Origin: Squalus acanthias
Taxonomy: Eukaryota
DNA length: 64,000 nt
Direction: 5' to 3'
Assembly: GCA_030390025.1 (NCBI GenBank)
Contig: CM059425.1
Location: forward strand, 176,206,001 to 176,270,000
The first letter of the stretch is position 1. The number at the start of each line of letters is the position of its first letter. The notes under the pieces are model-generated. The model was not told where the DNA came from and searched no databases. It saw only the letters and a program-made list of their open reading frames with translations. Shown piece by piece: positions 13,537-26,344 of the stretch. The translations under genes were made by a program, and so were the position numbers.

Positions 13537-14582
13537 CTCGCTATCAGTAACACTGAGAAGCATCAGAATGTGAAGGAAACACCAAGGCTGCATGGGCCCC
13601 TTAAATGCAGCTCAATCAAAGACTTCAGCAGAGGCCAGCAGCAGACCCGAACCCACTGATTGGGCCGGATAACGCGCACAACGAGCTTAATAAGCCCAGT
13701 TAAGTCAAAATCGTTATTTCAGTGCGGCTGAAACCGGCAGCGGGACCGGAACCCACTGACCAGCCAACCCGACACCAACCCAACACCAACCCGCCTCCGA
13801 TGACAAAATCACGGCCAGTATGTCTAATAAGATTTTAATAGATAAATGTTCTGATTACCCAAAGTCATTTAGGATTTGTTCCTAAGCTCTTTAAGATTGT
13901 CCTTTTCCTTTTCTGATCACTCAACATGTTGTTAGATGATAAGGGATCTGTCTTCTATTATTTCTTCACTGTTACTGTGAGATTTTTCACTCAAGACCCT
14001 CAGGATGAGATTTTCACAAGTAGTTTGAATGTTGGATAATGCCATCAGCTTTCGTCTGGATGTTTCAATGATGTGCAGTAGATGAAAGAAACGGAATCTG
14101 AATTGTAAAATTGTAAAAGGTCTGATATACAAAATGAATAGAGGTTTAAAGCTTGTGGTGGGTGTTCAAGTAACTAAAAGAACAGAGGATAAATTAAGCA
14201 TGTATATATTCTTACTTCAAAGGATTCTTTATTTACCAGTCATCTAAAGATTCCAAAACAGAGGTTGCAGCCTTCGTTGTAATCTAGTTAAAGCTTTGTG
14301 ATACTGGGCTTATTTTTCTGTGCATACATCTGAAAACCTGGAACAGTTTACGAAATACAGATATGCAAACTCTCTGCATGTAAATCTCTAAAAACCTTTA
14401 CTTTAAGTTCAGTGTTGGTGAATCACACTGCAGTAACTGGCTGGTACACAATTATACAAATCACTGATGGTTCAGGATTAGCATCCAGCACTGAGCGAGA
14501 TTCCCGTTCAATGGAACACCTCAGTAATATATTCATTGCTGACATCAGCTGAGTAGCTGCTTGGCAACATTCATGTCTCCAG

Positions 14583-14641
14583 AAGGCTGTAATGAGGCAA
14601 TCAAAAATTAGATTTGCTTCCAGTTAAGGAGAGATGTAATG
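14583..14641 (+). repeat. ~60-bp dispersed direct repeat, copy 1
   Basis: aaggctgtaatgaggcaatcaaaaattagattt..gcttccagttaaggagagatgtaatg recurs at 16254-16314. Confidence 0.8.
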
Positions 14642-15360
14642 TGATTTTGTATTCTGATTAATGAAGGGAGTAGCTTACATTGAAAGTATAGTGAAATTAT
14701 AAACACGTTCTGTACAAAAAAGTTTATGATTATGCTTAGATGGTCATGTTTAAGATAGCAATTATCTCCATATATCCAAAAGCATACATTTCATATACAA
14801 AATCTGAACCAATGATAAGCTACCATTCCTGGGTATAATATCTAATTATAATAATACTATATGTAATACTATGATTATAATACTATAATGGAGAAAAATG
14901 GCCTAATTAGTGCCTTAATATATAGAAACCAACAAATCTAAACCAATATCTGCAATTTGATTGTCAATTCCAGTGCAGATAAAATAATTTGGCACACTGC
15001 ATCCAATGGCTACATCGCAAGCAAAGACCTTTAAATAAGAACTTGAAACATTCCAAAATCTCTAAGAAGCAACAGTTATTGTGAATAAGTTATAAGTGGT
15101 TCATAATTAGACTCATAAAGGTCGAACTTCAATATCGTTGTGCCTGTTTTATGGGCCTAAAATGAGCGCAAGAATAACCAATTTAGTAGGGCAGAGACAT
15201 GTGCCTGATCTGCATAGGCATTCAGGCCACTGCTAAATTGGGCGGGCCTCTTCTTTTTTAGATGAGCCTGGTGGCCGCCTGAAATGAGTGCAGGCCTCAA
15301 TATGAAATGAGGCTCTTGTGCTCATTTCTGACCCAAATTCGTAAATTAGTTTACACTAGT

Positions 15361-16212
15361 CGGAGGCTAGCAGAATGGCCGGACAAGTGGCAGATGGAAT
15401 TTAATACAGAGAAGTGTGAGGTGATGCATTTTGGCAGAAGGAAGAGGGAGAGGCAATATACACTTAATGGCATAGTTTTAAAGAGTGTGCAGGGACAGAG
15501 GGACCTGGGAGTTAATGTGCATAGGTCCCTGAAGGTGGCAGGACATATTGAGAGAGTGGTTAGCAAAGCATATGGGTTCTTGGGCTTCATAAATAGAGGT
15601 ATTAAGTACAAAAGTAGAGAAGTTATGCTGAACCTTTATAAAGCGCTGGTTAGGCCACAACTGGAGTATTGCGTCCAGTTCTGGTCACCACACTTTAGGA
15701 AGGACGTGAAGGCCCTTGAGAGGGTGCAGAGGAGATTTACCAGAATGGTTCCAGGGATGGGGGATCTTAACTACAAGGACAGGCTGGAGAAGCTGAATTT
15801 GTTTTCATTAGAGCAAAGGAGGTTGAGGGGTGATTTGATAGAGGTGTACAAGATTATGACGGGTTTGGATAGGCTAGATGGGGAAAGGCTGTTCCCACTA
15901 GTTGATGGTACAAGGACTAGGGGACACAGATTTAAGGTTTTGAGCAAGAGATACAGGGGGATGTGAGGAAAAACTCTTTTACGCAGCGAGTGGTGAGGAC
16001 CTGGAACTCGCTGCCGACGGAAGTGGTGGAAGCGGAGACACTCAATGTTTTCAAGGGGAGACTGGATAGGCACTTGAGAAAAATAAACTTGCAGGGCTAT
16101 GGGGATAGAGTGGGGGAATGGGACTGACTGGATTGCTCTACAGAGAGCCGGCATGGACTCGATGGGCCGAATGGCCTCCTTCTGTGCAGTTACGATTCTA
16201 TGACTCTATGAC
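15361..16212 (+). mobile_element. 5'-truncated CR1 LINE
   Basis: [38 protein letters not shown]; (TTCTATGA)-type tail. Confidence 0.95.
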
Positions 16213-16253
16213 TGGTATTTCCGGGTCTTGTGCAGCCTAACCAGCAGCCCATA

Positions 16254-16314
16254 AAGGCTGTAATGAAGCAATTAAAAATTAGATTTTGGCTTCCAGTTAA
16301 GGAGAGATGTAATG
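16254..16314 (+). repeat. ~60-bp dispersed direct repeat, copy 2
   Basis: Near-identical to 14583-14641 (2 substitutions, one small indel). Confidence 0.8.
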
Positions 16315-16339
16315 CCCAGCGAAAGTTAAAATCAGCCCT

Positions 16340-16455
16340 TATGAGCTCTAATGAAGGATACAAACCCAAGATTTATAACATATCTTTTCCCTTTACTGAA
16401 GCTGACTCACCTGCAGCGCATTTGTAGAATTTCTGTTTTTACTTCATATTTCCAG
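16340..16455 (+). mobile_element. Degenerate copy of the short Penelope-terminus-like repeat seen at 34750
   Basis: ctaatgaagg...gctgactcacctgcagcgcatttgtagaatttctgtttttacttca loosely aligns with 34757-34857. Confidence 0.35.
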
Positions 16456-16952
16456 GACTTTTCACTTTTCATGTTCCTCAACTATCTCCCAACGTAATTC
16501 ATCACCAGCAATAAAATACCTTGGCTCATCAAAATGTTTTCTTGCATTAATAGCCCCTATTGTTGCCTTCAACATTGGTTACATTTTTCATGCATTCAAC
16601 AGTCTATTATTATTGTTTGATTATGCATAGTTGTGAGAGACCGATACCCGGGAATAAAAAAAAAGTTGCAAAAACAATAATGTGATTGTAATGTAATTTT
16701 ATGTTGCTATCCCTGAGGTGTCTCCTCTCCGCTCTTTGTGCAGCCGACGTTTTAGTTTGCAATTTGTTTATTTGAAAAGTTTGCCTCTCCCTGGGGCTCG
16801 TGCTGAGTGTGAAGTGACATCGGGGACCCTGGAATATACCGAGGAGGAGCGACCACTGCAAAGCCTATTGTATAGTTTCATTTTCAGTGATAACCTGGCT
16901 GGATTAATGCAAGTGATGAAAGTATTTCTAGCTGACTCTGCCCGTATTATAT

Positions 16953-17390
16953 AACAACAACAACAACTTGTATTTATATAGCGCCTTTAATGTAGTAAAA
17001 TGTCCCAAGGCGCTGCACAGGAGTATTTTAAGACAAAAAATTTGACACCGAGCCACATAAGGATAAATTAGAGCAGGTGACCAAAAGCTTGGTCAAAGAG
17101 GTAGGTTTTAAGGAGCGTCTTAAAGGAGGAAAGAGGGGTAGAGAAGCAAAGAGGTTTAGGCAGGGAATTCCAGAGCTTAGGGCCTAGGCAACAGAAGGCA
17201 CGGCCACCAATGGTTGAGCGATTATAATCAGGAATGTTCAAGAGGGCAGAATTAGAGGAGCGCAGATATCTCGTGGGTGGTGGGGCTGAAGAAGATTACA
17301 GAGATAGGGAGGGGCGAGGCCATGGAGGGATTTGAAAACAAGGATGAGAATTTTGAAATCGAGGCGCTGCTTAACCGGGAGCCAATGACG
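16953..17390 (-). mobile_element. L2-clade LINE 3' end
   Basis: HWLPVKQRLDFKILILVFKSLHGLAPPYL is a typical L2 C-terminus; ends gcgctatataaatacaa(gtt)n. Confidence 0.9.
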
Positions 17391-17806
17391 TGAGATAAAT
17401 AAATCAGGCGGACTGGAATAAATTTGCTGTCTGATTTGTCTGCACAAAGTGCAAGGGATTCTTTTGATTTCAAGGGTCTATTATCAAACTCAACTCAATT
17501 CACAAGACCGGGCTCCATATCAGGGAGTTAAAGAATTTCTTTGAGATGCTTTTGGTCAAATTAATTTATAATCTAAAAGCAAAATTAATTTTAAAAGATG
17601 TGTTTTTAATCATGTGAAGCAGAGTGCTGATCTGTAGTAGCTGTGGCAGAGCAGCATCAGTAATGCCAACTCTTGCAAATTAATCGTGAGACACACGACT
17701 TTTAATGTAAGTTTAGCCCAACTCGTGAAGGGTGGTGATAACGGGTAGGATTTTTGAAAAGTTTTTTGTAAAGCATTTTCAGATGCAGTAATATAGGCCT
17801 GGAAAT

Positions 17807-18926
17807 CAATGAAGTCAATGGGAATCGGGGAGAAAACGCTCCACTGGCTGGAGTCATACCTAGCACAAAGGAAGATTGTTATGGTGGTTGAAGGTCAATC
17901 ATCACAGCCCCAGAACATCACTGCAGGAGTTCCTCAGGGCAGTGTCCTAGGCCCAACTATCTTCAGCTGTTTCATCAATGACCTTCCCTCCAACATAAGG
18001 TCAGAAATGGGGCTGTTCGCTGATGATTGCAGTGTTCAGTGCCATTCACAACTCCTCAGATAATGAAGCAGTCCATGCCCGCATGCAACAAGACCTGGAT
18101 GATGTTCAGGCTTGGGCTGATAAGTGGCAGGTAACATTCGCGCCACAGAAGTGCAAGGCAATGACTACTTCCAATGAGCGAGAGTCTAAACACCGCCTCT
18201 TGTCATTCAACAGCATTACTATCACCGAATCCCCCACTATCAACATCCTGGGGGTCACCATTGACCAGAAACTTAACTGGACCAGCCACATAAATACTGT
18301 GACAACAAGAGCAGGTCAGAGGCTCGGTATTCTGCGGTGAGTGTCTCACCTCCTGACTCCCCAAAGCCTTTCCACCATCTACAAGGCACAAGTAAGGAGT
18401 GTGATGGAATACTCTCCACTTGCCTGGATGAGTGCAGCTCCAATAACACTCAAGAAACTCGACACCATCCAGGACAAAGCAGCCCGCTTGATTGGCACCC
18501 CCTCTACCACCTTAAATATCCATTCCCTCCACCACCGGCGTACCGTGGCTGCAGTGTGTACCATCTACAAGATGCACTACAGCAACTCGCCAAGGCTTCT
18601 TCGGCAGCACCTCCCAAACCCGTGACCTCTTCCACCTAGAAGGACAAGGGCAGCAGACGCATGGGAACACCACCACCTCCAAGTTCCCCTCCAAGTCACA
18701 CATCATTCTGACTTAGAAGTATATCGCCGATCCTTCATCGTCGCTGGGTCAAAATCCTGGAACTCCCTCCCTAACAGCACTGTGGGAGTACCTTCACCAC
18801 ACGGACTGCAGTGGTTCAAGAAGGCGGCTCACCACCACCTTCTCGAGGGCAATTAGGGATGGGCAATAAATGCTGGCCTTGCCAGCGATGCCCACATCCC
18901 ATAAAAATGAATAATTAAAAAAAAAA
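17807..18926 (+). mobile_element. 5'-truncated LINE family B
   Basis: AGVPQGSVLGPTIFSCFINDL, LFADD, IYKAQVRSVMEYSPLAW; poly(A) tail. Confidence 0.93.
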
Positions 18927-19204
18927 TTTGATTAGGCCCGAAAATGGGCAGTGTCATGAGCCAGCGCTATTTGCCTGCGCCCGTTCAAAGTTCGTGCTGC
19001 CTGTTCAATATGATTGGAGCGCTGATCTCAGCGCTAAACACGCTGCTGATTCGCTTAGCACTCAATGGGGGCGGTGGGGGGGGGAGGGGGGTGCAATATT
19101 GGGTGCCGTTTACTGGCCAGTAATGTTTGTCCTAGGCTCTCTGCAATACTCAAAGGGGAGGTGCTTTGTTGCAGAAGCATCTCATTGTCAGTCAGGCTGA
19201 AGAC

Positions 19205-21110
19205 ATGTCTCAGCAACCTAGGGAGCGAGCACGAAGATTCTCGGATGCTGCACTGGAGGCCTTGATCATGGCCATTCAACGAAGGTGGGCTGTCCTGTTC
19301 CCACAGGGTAGCAGCAGGCAATCCAAGGCCACTTGCAAAAGGCTCTGGGATGAAATAGCTAACTCAGTCACAGCCACCAGTGTGGTCCCAAGGACCCAGA
19401 TCCAGTGCGGCAAGAAGTTTAATGACCTCACATGGTAGGTCAAGGTAAGTGAAGGCTTCAGCAAATGCCATATCCCACCAACTGCACCACAAGCCTCACA
19501 CACTGCTCAATGCACCACACCCCCATCACTCACCTACCAACAATCTCTACCAATCACCACTCATATACCTCCCAATCATGGCTTCACTTCAACCTTACAA
19601 CCTTACCACTGCTGCAACACTCACACCCACATCTCACACCTTGCACAAACGAACAGCTATTCAACTATGGCAGGCACATCACCCAAACACATTACACCAC
19701 ATTCACTGACACACTTCCCTTTCTCTTGCAGGCAGAGGTGGCACATAACAGGAGGGAGCAGTGGCAGATGGGAGGCGGCCAAGCCACAATACAGAACCTC
19801 ACTGACCTGGAGGAATCGGTGCTCGACATCATTGGAGGGGCAGTGACGGAGGCCATGGCCACGGGAAAAGTTGAAGCTGTTGCTGATAATGACGGTATGG
19901 TCATTCCTAATCCTTCTTCTCACATCCCATCTCCCCCTCATCCCACAATCTCTTCTCACTTACAAGCTGCTGATGGTGTATGCATGAATATCTTGCTTTA
20001 CCCTCACCCCTCACCCCAACCTGACCCTTGTGCCTTTCTACTTTCAGATACCCAAGAACTGCCAGCAGCCCAGCCTGTCCCTGAACTCGTGAAGAAGAGT
20101 GATGGGGGAGAAGACACACCGTCACTGCATCTGACACTCGCAAACACCAGCTCAGAAGATGGCACTGCGTGGAATTTAGAGAGTAGTATAGAGGCGGGAT
20201 CTGCACGTGATGAGTCACCAGGCATGAGTGGGCTGTAGCCAGGCCAGGGGGAAAGGGTAGTTTGGTTGCCAGCTCCTCGGAGGGCGAGTTTGCGCACAAG
20301 TTCTGCTGCACATGATTTAGATGATGACCTCGATGGGGTGACCTTCAGAAGAAGGGTGATGGGCATGCACACAGAAATGCTTGGAAATCCCAGGTGCAAT
20401 GGCAAGCCTGCCAGAGAGCCTCTTGTCAGTATCAAGGAGCATGGAGGGGTCTGGCTCCAACATTGGACGGGGCTTTGCGCAGAGCTTGGAGCCTATGGCC
20501 TCCGGGATGGAAATGATGGACAACTCCAGGAGAGATTTTGTGGACCCAAAGATGATGCTGCGTGTGATGGGCGATGCTTCGGCTTCCATTGCAGCACAGG
20601 TAATAGCAACCCAAAGTCTCACTGCTGCAGTGGAAGCTCAGACTGCTGCCATCGTTCCTGGGTTTACGAGTCTCAATAGGGGCTTGCAGGGTGTCACAGC
20701 AGATCAGCAATCTGTCCTCCAACAGATTGCTAGGAATGCTGAGGCGCCGCCCCGGGGGAGTGGCAGTGGGTCTGTGGAGCATAAACCTGCTCTCTCAGGA
20801 TGACAGCATTCCTACCCCCACCACTGCCACTCTGCCAGTGCCCTTGCCACTGCCTGTCAGCCAGCCAGCCCAGACTGCTGCCGCCCTTGCCGAGGTGGTG
20901 CAGTCTACAGCCGGGCCTTCTAGGTCCACAGCTGAGTGAGGTCATCATGCAAGACCATCTGCACTCTCCCCCACTGAAAGTCAGCAGCCTTCCACCAGCC
21001 ATGCTGCAGCCACTGGGTGAGCACAGCGTAGCAGCACATGAACGACAGGCACACGAACGACAGGCACACGAACGACAGGCACTGAGGGAATGCACAAGGG
21101 TGATTAGTTG
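19205..21110 (+). pseudogene. Harbinger Myb/SANT-like gene, 3 exons
   Basis: Exon 1 19205-19444 (RARRFSDAALEAL..LWDEIA..QCGKKFNDL, AAG|gtaagt), exon 2 19732-19894 (AEVAHNRREQWQMGGG), exon 3 from 20048; stops and frameshifts. Confidence 0.85.
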
Positions 21111-21270
21111 ATATTGTAATGTTGATTGGATTCTGATAAATTTATGATTTTTGTTTGGAATGTGTGGTGGCTCTCCTTTCAGCTTTGTGACCAGGAGGAC
21201 GCTGTGATGTTCCATGACAGAGGGATGATATGATGAGGAAGTGGTGAGCAACAGGGATCTAAGGTTTCAT

Positions 21271-21495
21271 TCATTGGAATCGGAGTCTGTTGAGGCGTTC
21301 ACAGACAGCTTGTCCAGAACGGGGATTTGCTGCCTGCCTCCTCCCTCCCTCCTCTTCCTCTTGCTCATCCTCACCCTCTTCCTCCTGAGGTGGTTCCACA
21401 ATCCCTGGTGGCAAGGGCTGCGCCCTCATGATGGCCAAGTTGTGAAGCATGCAGCAGACCACCACGAAATTGGAAAGCCGCTCTGGCGAGAGCTC
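21271..21495 (-). pseudogene. Harbinger transposase C-terminal remnant
   Basis: SPERLSNFVVVCCMLHNLAIMR, acidic tract, RLRFQ*. Confidence 0.85.
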
Positions 21496-22856
21496 CTCCC
21501 GAACGGTCAAGGCAGAGAAATCTGAAAGCGTCTGTAAACACTGTAGTGATGCTCTACTACTGACAGCAGTTGTTTATTTTATTCTGCAACTGTTTTCTGT
21601 ATTAGAACAAATTTAACAACCATCCTCAGTACTAAGAGCATTACTACAGCCTTTACAGACACTTTCAGATGCAGCAAAATGAATTGGAAAGCAACTTGCC
21701 ATAGTTTCAGAACTTACTCGAGCCTCGCAGCCTGTCCCTTTAACACAGCGAACATGTAAAATGCCAGCACAGGAAGCAGTAGTGCCACGTTTTAATGGGG
21801 GCCATCGGCACCTGATCTTCAGCTGGTGATAGTGGAAGAAATCTGTGTGCAAAGACCTCTGACATCCATTTGTACGTAACTTACTGCACCATCTTCAGAC
21901 ACAGCCAGGTGCAGGCTAGGAAAGACATGTGTGCAGTTTACGTGCTGTGCTAATCAGGAGCAAAATGGAAGCAAAGGATTCGCACTCATTTTTCCTTTGC
22001 GTTGCACCCATTTTTGGGGCGCTATTTGGGAGCAGAGCAGAAGAAATTAGCCCTAATTATTCCCACTGGCAAACCAATTGGATTGCCCCATTTTACTGAA
22101 CTTTTTAATAATCTTTATTAATCTGAAATGAACCTATTAGCCTTGATAGAATATTATGGTGTGTGTAAAATTACCAAACAGTGCATACAGTTTATTTTTC
22201 ACTTATTGCTGGCTGCTGAGACTCAAATTTAATTATTAAAGTTATCATTTATTCATTGAAATGCTTATTGGTGAGAACCTACACAGCTGACTATATTCAT
22301 CTGAAAAGGGTTTCCATGAAAAGAGAGATCACTTATTGTATGCACACAAGCCATATTGTTGGGGCATTTAACACAGTACAAGAAAATTGAAATTAATTCT
22401 ATGATTAAAATCTTACCTCGCTAATAGATAAAATTAGTCTAGGATTCAAGTGCTTGGTTGGAGTGCCTTTTAATATAATCTTATGTTCTACAAAATGAGC
22501 ATCTGGAAAGCCTGAGGCAGTGTTGTTTTGGCCTTGTTTATCTGGTTCCATTAATACATTTTCTCACTGTTTCCTCAGCTTAGGAGTTCAGGCATGGCAT
22601 AAAAAATCAATTCATGGAAAGCTCCAATTTATCTGGAACTAAGTTATATTTGCACTCCCAAGCATAACATTCAGTGGCTTCTGATAAAATAACATTTCTT
22701 TTAGGTGTTTCCAGCAGATGCATTTATGTATCTTCGAACCTTTATTAGACTGGGCTAGTATTGATATTTTCAAATCTACTAATAGAATAGTTTAAATATC
22801 TTTTGTGTATTGCTTCCCATCATAATTAAATATTTAGCATAATAATTTAAGGCTAT

Positions 22857-23749
22857 GGGGTAAAAATTCAGTTGGTTGCGCCTCCCGTTAGCGCCTTAAG
22901 AGGGCGCTAATGGGGCGCAAAGCCGCTAACGCCCGGGCGCAGCGATGGTTGCGCCGCTCGGGAACTTAACTAGAGATTGTGCGGCGGCGCTAAAACTTAC
23001 CGCTGCGACCACCTGCGCGCGCAGATTGTGACGTCATTCCATGGTGCAACGCCCTTGTGGCGCCCCGGAGCAGAAATTGAGTGGCGCCCCCTGCCTTACC
23101 GCCTGGCGCATCCAACGACCAGAAGACTGGAACGCTATCAATCGCTGTGGGGCTGGGGGGGGCGCTATTTAAAGGGGGCCTCTTCCTGTCTTTTATTGTT
23201 GGTGGCATTTTTGAACTACGCATTCTGAGAGAGAGAGGGAGAGACTTCTGGAGAGATTCAACGTTGTGTGAAGGAGTTTTGGGTACTGAGCAGCACTTTG
23301 CAGGTTCATTTTGATTTGCCATTCCTTGTATCGATTTAGCAGAGACTGTGGGAGCTGCACTCTGAGCTCTTTGCCTGGTACTCTCCATTGTTCTTTCCAG
23401 CACATTTGATGTGCAAGTCTCTCCAGGCCAAGATTCAAGGCTGCAATGAACAGGATGTGGATGGAAAGCAAGATTAACCATCCCCTTTAAGAACTGGCCC
23501 GTGCCATTGTGTGTGTGTTCCATTGCTGACTGACATTACATGAGCTTCGCCAGCGCTCTGAGTTAGCACCTCACTCCTTGGCCTTTGCGCCTTAAGACAG
23601 GTGTGCAGCGCCTGATTTAGCGCTCCACTCACCTCCCGGGGCGGTAAAAGTGAAGTTTCCAGTCAGTGCCAATAATTAGCGCCAGGCGCTAATATTTGCG
23701 TCCAGACGATATTTGCGCCCCAAATGGGGCGCGACCTAATTTTTACCCC
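22857..23749 (+). mobile_element. Young Harbinger-type MITE, copy 1 (orientation arbitrary)
   Basis: Perfect TIR ggggtaaaaatt / aatttttacccc; TSD TAT; CpG-rich; near-identical inverted copy at 37832-38723. Confidence 0.93.
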
Positions 23750-23810
23750 TATGTCTTTATACCTGACTTTTTACTTCTCAAGAATAACGTTTTGACATAA
23801 GGAACATTGT

Positions 23811-24285
23811 GGCCTAGAAATTCGTCTCAGGCGGTTACGCAAAACGGGCGGTATCGGATTGGCCAGCTGTTATACGCAGTGCCTGATATTTAGTTCCATG
23901 TAGCCAATGACGATCATGGACCAGCAGTGGTCCTCTGGAGGGCTGCAGGTCCGCGAGGGGCCCTCATGCTCCTGGCTTCAGCTTAGACTGCAGCGGCTGC
24001 TGAAGAATCCTGAGTGGGGCTGGCTCAATGCCTGCCTCGCTCATCGTAAACCAATTTCAATGAGCAGATCTAAGACAGGTATTAGGCCCCTCACTTACAT
24101 ATGTAAGGGGGCTAACACCTGTTCTAGGTAGCCGCCAGAGACATCTGAAAAATGGTCTGACCCAATTTCAGGTGGGACGCTAATCAGGTTTCTTTAGGAT
24201 GCAGGATATTGGGCCCCAAAATTGGGCATCATTGCATCCATTTTTCACTGTAAAAGGAACGCAATGGGATCCAATTATTATCCCC
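23811..24285. mobile_element. Harbinger-like MITE
   Basis: Left end ggcctagaaatt; right end aattattatcccc (approximate); interior resembles 5480-5710. Confidence 0.55.
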
Positions 24286-24577
24286 AGAGTCTGGAATACA
24301 TCCAGTATTTCACAGATTAACTTTTGAATGGATCAGAATGAAATTAAGAAAATATTTGTGGCATTTCTCAGATTCAAAATCCTGGTTTGTGTCCTGGAAA
24401 ACAAAAGCAGATTTGTATCTTAGCAGTGAGGATAGTTCAGTCCTAAATGGGTTAACATTTGAATTTAAGCTCAAATTGGATTTTTCCGTTCCATTAAACA
24501 TCTGAATTTCACAAAGTGGATGGTTTCCTTTTTTCCTTGTCAATATAATGCTTGAGTAACAGGTTCTGAAATACATT

Positions 24578-26344
24578 GGGGGGAATTTTTCGGGGGTCAG
24601 CGGACACTTTCAGTGGCGGGTCGGTTGGGAAAATGGTTTTTTTTTGACAGCGGGTCGGGACCACGCTGTCAACCCGCTGCCACACCACCCAGATGTCAGG
24701 TCTGTCAGCGCTGAACAGACCCGACACGCAGCGGCTGGGGAGGCAATTCAGGTCCTTATGACCTTTTAACAGCCCATTAAGAAGTATTTTGAGCTCACTT
24801 TTACATTTTATGAAGTCGCCCACGGGGTCCATGCTGCTCGGGGATCACGTCAGGTAAGCAGGTCAGGAGTTGTATGACCATGGAATCATCTCATTACTTG
24901 ACAGCTGCAAATGTGCTAGAAAAGTCCCATCTCACATCTTTTCACTTTCCAAGCTCAGAAGCTGCTGCTTACTGCATTTGCAAGACAGATTGAGCTTTAT
25001 GCAGCTTGCAAGTGTTTGGAGCAAACACTCTATCCAGTGTCACCTCATTGGAACAACCTCTCTCACCATTGACAGATCGCTTCTGTCATCTCAACTTCAC
25101 CTGCCATCTGTTACATCAGCATCTGTGCCCTTGAAACTATCTCACCTTGGTCCTCAGAATCCGACCACGATCAGCCCCAACACCATCAGCACCAGGCACA
25201 CCAGCAGCACCAACAACAACACCAACCTTCTCTGCAATCAACTGATGCTGCACAGGACACAGGGCATCAGCACCTGACCACATTGCTGCCCGGGACGCCA
25301 GAGATGGCTTCACCATGGCCAGATTTACTTCACTTGACGCTGTACACCCTGGCTGCCACATAGCGCCAGGTTGGCACCACCCCACACCAACACCATAAAG
25401 CATTCCTACAATGACCAAGCCATTCCTTTCACACTCATCACCATTGCGGTGGGTACCGTTAAGTCTCACCATTCACTGCAACTCACTAAGCCACTTCCAA
25501 AGGTTCACACAAATCTGTCCAAGAACGCAAAGTGTTGAAAATAAAGATTTCAATGTTTGACACCACAATAACAGAAACTTTACATGAACATTGGCTAAAA
25601 CACACAAGTGCCTACCCTTGTGTGTTGTTAGTTGGTATGATTGGACTAGGATGAGGGTGAGTGTGAGGGGTGGCTAGTGAGATGGGGAAGTGATAATGTA
25701 GATAGAGAGGGATGGGTGGAGGTACAAGGTAAGTTGGTGCGAGTAAGGATGTACAGGAGTAGGGTAGGGAAGGCAGAGTGATGGGGATGTGGTCTGTCAC
25801 AGCAGGATAAGGTTGAGTGTGGCATTGCAGTAATGTTTTGTGATCTACTGAGATCATTAAAAGGTTTGCACTACTGCAGCCAGGTCCTCCTGATGACATC
25901 CCTGCTTGTGTCCTCCTGTGGAATGTGCAACCAGGCTGCTGGGGAGGTCTCTTCCAACGACTGGAAGCAAAGAGAACCTCCCTCTGTGCTGTGACACCCT
26001 CCATAAGCATATGGAGGGAGTAATGGGAGAGCCTGGGTGCAGCCCTACACCTCTGTGCAGTGATTGTCAGTGTTTGCAGCACCTCAATGCTGTAGAACAC
26101 TGACAGCACAACTGTCAAAGTAAATTTGCGCATGGTCCCTTTAAGGAAACCGGCTGATGACATGTCATCAACTGATGTCATCAGACCCGTTTCCTTCAAT
26201 TGGCCGGCAAATGCGTTGGGCAGACTTAACAAGCCCAATCAGAGGAACATCATTTTGGACAGCGGGCTGGAGCCAGCAGCAGGGTCAGGACCTGCCATCG
26301 CCGTCGCCGGCCACAGACCCGCCGAGGTTGGTAAAATGCAGCCC
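24578..26344 (+). mobile_element. Mini-Harbinger with deleted gene cores
   Basis: Ends ggggggaatttt / aaaatgcagccc; transposase N-terminus (WSSESD, Q/H-rich) joined to C-terminus (IAARDARDGFTMARF); Myb exon-1 remnant on the minus strand at ~25820-26065. Confidence 0.8.

Larger units (their letters stand above)
8433..13816 (+). mobile_element. Full-length two-gene PIF/Harbinger DNA transposon (decayed)
   Basis: TIRs ggccgggattttg / caaaatcacggcc; TSD AGT on both sides; transposase (+) and Myb/SANT gene (-) converge. Confidence 0.93.
17796..22053. mobile_element. Internally deleted Harbinger (Myb gene plus transposase C-terminus)
   Basis: Left TIR ggcctggaaat split by a LINE; Myb gene (+) converges with a transposase remnant (-); right end approximate. 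Confidence 0.75.

Noticed and set aside
16680..16950. Possible conserved non-coding elements here and at ~3.0-3.2 and ~40.0-40.3 kb
   Set aside because: Only a compositional impression; cannot be supported without cross-species alignment.
19465..20238. 257-aa ORF as a single CDS
   Set aside because: Read-through of stop-poor introns of the Myb pseudogene; splice sites define the real exons.
21034..21082. 15-bp unit repeated three times (gcacacgaacgacag)
   Set aside because: Simple tandem slippage at the end of the Myb gene; no spacers, so not CRISPR-like.
22990..23523. 177-aa ORF with a 162-aa twin at 38058-38546, as a possible novel gene
   Set aside because: Both lie wholly inside near-identical MITE copies, diverge by a frameshift at a G/C run, and show no recognisable domain.
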